Positions 59,427 through 64,000 of a DNA stretch of 64,000 nucleotides are shown piece by piece. Under the pieces are notes generated by a model that had not been told where the DNA came from, did not search any database, and was given only the letters and a program-made list of their open reading frames with translations. The position numbers were made by a program, and so were the translations under genes. The DNA lies in assembly GCF_018350175.1 (NCBI RefSeq), contig NC_058383.1, positions 26,538,001 through 26,602,000 on the forward strand, given 5' to 3'. Source of the stretch: Felis catus (lineage: Eukaryota). Position 1 is the stretch's first letter. Each line of letters begins with the position of its first letter.

Positions 59427-59841
59427 TAGTTCCTTCATGTTTATTATTCGAATGTGTTACAGAGTAGCTACACTAGTGATAGAATATGTGACCTGTACGT
59501 TACATGTTCTTGTCTCCCACCTTTCAGAGAACTAGAAGGCTGAGAGGCAGGAGCTTTATGCATGCAAGATGAATTTTGGAGATCCTGGTGAAAATAACTT
59601 TTAAAAAAATTTTATATGCCGGGTGTTAAAAAATGATCTGTGTCTGTCTTTTACAGGCATTCTTAGAAAATACATTTGGCCAGAACATTGTTGAATTGCT
59701 CTGTACCCTAACCAAACGTGCAAATCAGGAGTTCTTTGTTATTAATACAGAGAGGAATTTGAGGCTCTTAGAACTGATGCTGACATATGTCAGGTTTTAC
59801 ACGTTTGCATCTACTGTGTTGACAGTTTTTAATAACTTTAA

Positions 59842-60042
<201 letters not shown>

Positions 60043-60528
60043 TAAAACACTGCTACTGTGCTCTAAATAGAAAGTCTTTTGCAAGGAATGTCTGTTAGGT
60101 AAACTTTTTGAGCTTTATGTTACAGCGTTGGGGAGTTCGTACTTTTTTTGAGAATAAATAATAATAATAATAATTACGGTTTATTGAGATAGTAACTGCT
60201 GAGTCCCACAGTGGGGCATGTTCTTTACATGCGACCTTCAGCCTTACAGTAACCCATTCAGGCTTGGAGAAATCAGGTTCCCTGATGAGCTGAGTAAATG
60301 GTGGATAAGGAGGAAACCAAGCTCAGAGGGCTCTGGCTGTGAGAAAGCTTTGTGTGCTGAGGCTCATTTATTTATTTTTTCATTTATCTTCTATTTGCTT
60401 ATAATATTAATAAATACAAGGCAGAAGATCCATGATTTTTGGCCACTTTAATGCACAGAAGGCAAATTAAAGTGAGTGCCCTTGGAGTCAAATAGATTAC
60501 TGATGTTTTTCTTAACATATGTGCATAG

Positions 60529-60816
<288 letters not shown>

Positions 60817-61070
60817 TAAAACAGCTTTTATTATATCCTCTCCCTCCCCATAAAACAACCTAGAACCCATCCATAAACACTGTCATGGAAACAGTATTTG
60901 AAGAACAAAAAAACCTTTAGAGTTTTTACTCTAAATGAGCTTTTACAAGTCAGTACCGGTTTTATAAATCAGTACTGATAGAATCACTAATCAAGGTTCT
61001 CTGCTCGTAGAATGAATCAAAGATGCACACAGTGAACTTGTAATTCCTAGTGTTTGCAGAACTGTGCTAG

Positions 61071-61334
<264 letters not shown>

Positions 61335-61339
61335 TAACG

Positions 61340-62545
61340 TAGAATACACAAGACATAAAGTTTGTTATTTTAACCAGTTTTAAGTGTAATTCAGTCACAG
61401 TAAGCGTGTGTCCAGTGTTGTGCAACTATCACTCCTGTTCATTTCCAGAACTTATTCATCCCAAACATAAGCTCTGTACTCATTACACACTAACCTTCCA
61501 TGGCTCCTTAACCCTAGCCCCTCTTTACCACTATTCTACTTTTTGTCTCTGAATTTGACTCCTCCGAGTACCTCATGTAAGTGGAATCAAAGGTATTTGT
61601 CCTTTTGTGCCTGGCGTGTTTCACTTCGCATGTTTGGAGGTTCATCCATGTTGTGGCATATGTGAGAATTTCCTTTTATCGCCAAATAATATTCCATTGT
61701 ATGGATATACCTCATTTAGTTCATGCCATCATCTCTCTGGACATTTGGGTTGCTTTTTGGTGAACATCAGTGTGCAAGTATCTGTTGGACTCCGTTTTCA
61801 GTTATTTTGTGTATGATCCAATGGATTTGCCTGGGTCATACTGTTACTCTATGTTTGAATTACAGAGGAACCACCAGAGGAAATGGTGCTGTTTTCCTGC
61901 ATCAGTTTACATTCCTGCCACAAGTGCTCAAGAGTTCCAGTTTCTCTGCATACTTGCCAATATTTGTCATTTCTTGTTTTTTTATATAGTAGCCATCCTG
62001 ATGGGTGTGAAGTGGTATCTGCTTGTGGTTTTGACTCGCATCTCCCTAACGACCAGTGATGTTGAGCCTCTTTTCATGTGCCTTTTGATCATTTGAATAG
62101 CTTCTTTGGAGAAATGTCTATTCAAATCTTTTGCTCAGTTTTGAATTTGGGTTGTTGGGAATTTTTTTTGTCATTTTAGGAGTTCTCTCTGTAATTCTCA
62201 ATATTAACCCCCTTTCACATGTATGATTTGCAAATATTTTCTCCCCTTTTGCGCGTTCTTTTCAGTCTCTTAATAGTATCTTTTGATGCACGTAAGTGGA
62301 GTTTGATATAGTAGCCCGGTTTTTCTGTTTTGCCTTTTGTTGAGAAATTGTTGCCAAATCCAGCGGCCAGAAGCCTTTCCTCTACATTTTTTTTACCTAA
62401 GAGTTTTAAAGTCTTAGCTCTTAAGGTCTTTGATCCATTTTGAGTTATTTTTTCGCATGTCGTATAAGGAAGGTAAGGGTCTGGCTTCATTCTTTTGCAA
62501 GTGGATGTCCAGTTTTCCCAGTACCAGTTGTTGAAAAAAGCTTCC
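61340..62545 (-). mobile_element. Old antisense L1 (L1MB-like) 3' UTR plus ORF2 end
   Basis: Minus-strand translation FFNNWYWENWTSTCKRMKPDPYL is L1 ORF2-like; standard 3' motifs. Confidence 0.85.
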
Positions 62546-62629
62546 TCTTTCATGTGCTGGATATTTTACAGTGCTGTGTTAGTAAGTTATTTTGCCAGTA
62601 TTTTATTTATTTAGCTTACTCTCTGATAG

Positions 62630-62965
<336 letters not shown>

Positions 62966-64000
62966 TGAGATACAGAATTTAAATATGGGGACACTCCTTA
63001 CTTGCAATGTGAGAGAAGACTTTTGTAGGCCCCTAGAAGGCAACCTATGACCAGTTGCTTATAAGGAATGTGGAGAAAGAAAGGTGTTTTCTTTATTTTG
63101 AGAATTTGGCGGTGAGTGGGCCTAGGGCAGCAAACTTTTATCTGTAGAGGGTTCACACTAAGGAAGAATATACTGTAAAAAATTAACCAAGGAAGAGGTC
63201 TGGCCTCGAACTAAATATTGATTGCTTGCTTTATTGTCTTCATAAAGATTATAAAATTTAATCTTGTACCTATATAGTTTTCTTTGGGGTGGGTATTGAA
63301 TATTCCTCTCTTTTTTTGTTATTAAATATTTATAACAGACAAAATGTTCACATGGAACAACATCAATTTTTATAAGTAACTGTTTTGAAATCGGTTCTGC
63401 ATAGGCTACTTGGGGATGATTAGCGTTTTTAAATATTTGAGAATCCTGTCTTTTATGTTTTGGTCCCCTTCATTGTGTATTTTCTTTGACCTGGTACAGC
63501 AACAGCACCATTATTTTAGGAGAACATTTATCATGTTGTAGCTTTTTCTTTCTTTCATTCTCTCTTTCTCTATCCCTTACCTTACTCCTAATTTCCTTAC
63601 TTAACTTTAGCAATGAGAAAACTATTAAAAGATAGTGTAGAAAGAAAGTCCACCTGACTTTAATGAGTAAGTGCAATCTAGAGGAAACTAGAGTACATGC
63701 TAAATTCATAGGACGTAAGCTAGAAGCACAAGGCTAGAGGGCTAACATGAAGACTGAAGTTCATTGTGTGTGTGGCCCAGCCAAACTTGTTTGCTTGTGT
63801 TCCATTAGCAGTTCCTTGCTTCGGTGTCTCCTTGTCAATAAATTAACCAAGAAAACCAGAGGAAGAGATAGGAAGAATACTTTAAAAAATAGTTTTTATT
63901 TACTGATGCATTTCTAAAGGATGTTTTTAACTTAATATAAATGAGGTTATATACGGTATACCAGTATGTATGTATGTATATGTGTGTATGTGTGTGTGTG

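Noticed and set aside
59640..59760. Cryptic acceptor tctgtcttttacag in intron 35
   Set aside because: No convincing donor downstream; no support for an exon.

Overview
Mammalian genomic DNA from a cat-family (felid) genome, judged from the dense Can-SINE/SINEC_Fc-type repeats and carnivore L1 3' ends. The whole window lies inside one + strand gene, SMG1 (PIKK-family kinase of nonsense-mediated mRNA decay). It starts in intron 1 and contains 38 consecutive coding exons (exons 2-39 by human numbering, recalled from memory; 18674..62920, 6124 coding nt). These splice in a continuous frame with no stop and cover the N-terminal HEAT/FAT solenoid up to the FRB-like region. Exon 1 and the kinase/FATC exons lie outside the window. 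All introns are GT-AG except one GC-AG intron after exon 33. Introns carry about 40 SINEs plus L1, L2, MIR, LTR and DNA-transposon relics. No prokaryotic-type system, CRISPR or RNA gene is present. Best leads: (i) several candidate stop-introducing ('poison') cassette exons in a repeat-poor part of intron 1 and in intron 2, which would give the NMD kinase a splicing-based feedback loop; one also supplies an in-frame alternative ATG; (ii) a ~125-bp high-identity inverted repeat abutting the exon 4 acceptor, with one arm split by a young SINE; (iii) a fused-SINE hairpin with a fully paired 36-bp stem; (iv) a tail-less internal L1 ORF2 insertion with a 17-bp TSD. All of these are sequence-level predictions needing RNA-seq or alignment checks.
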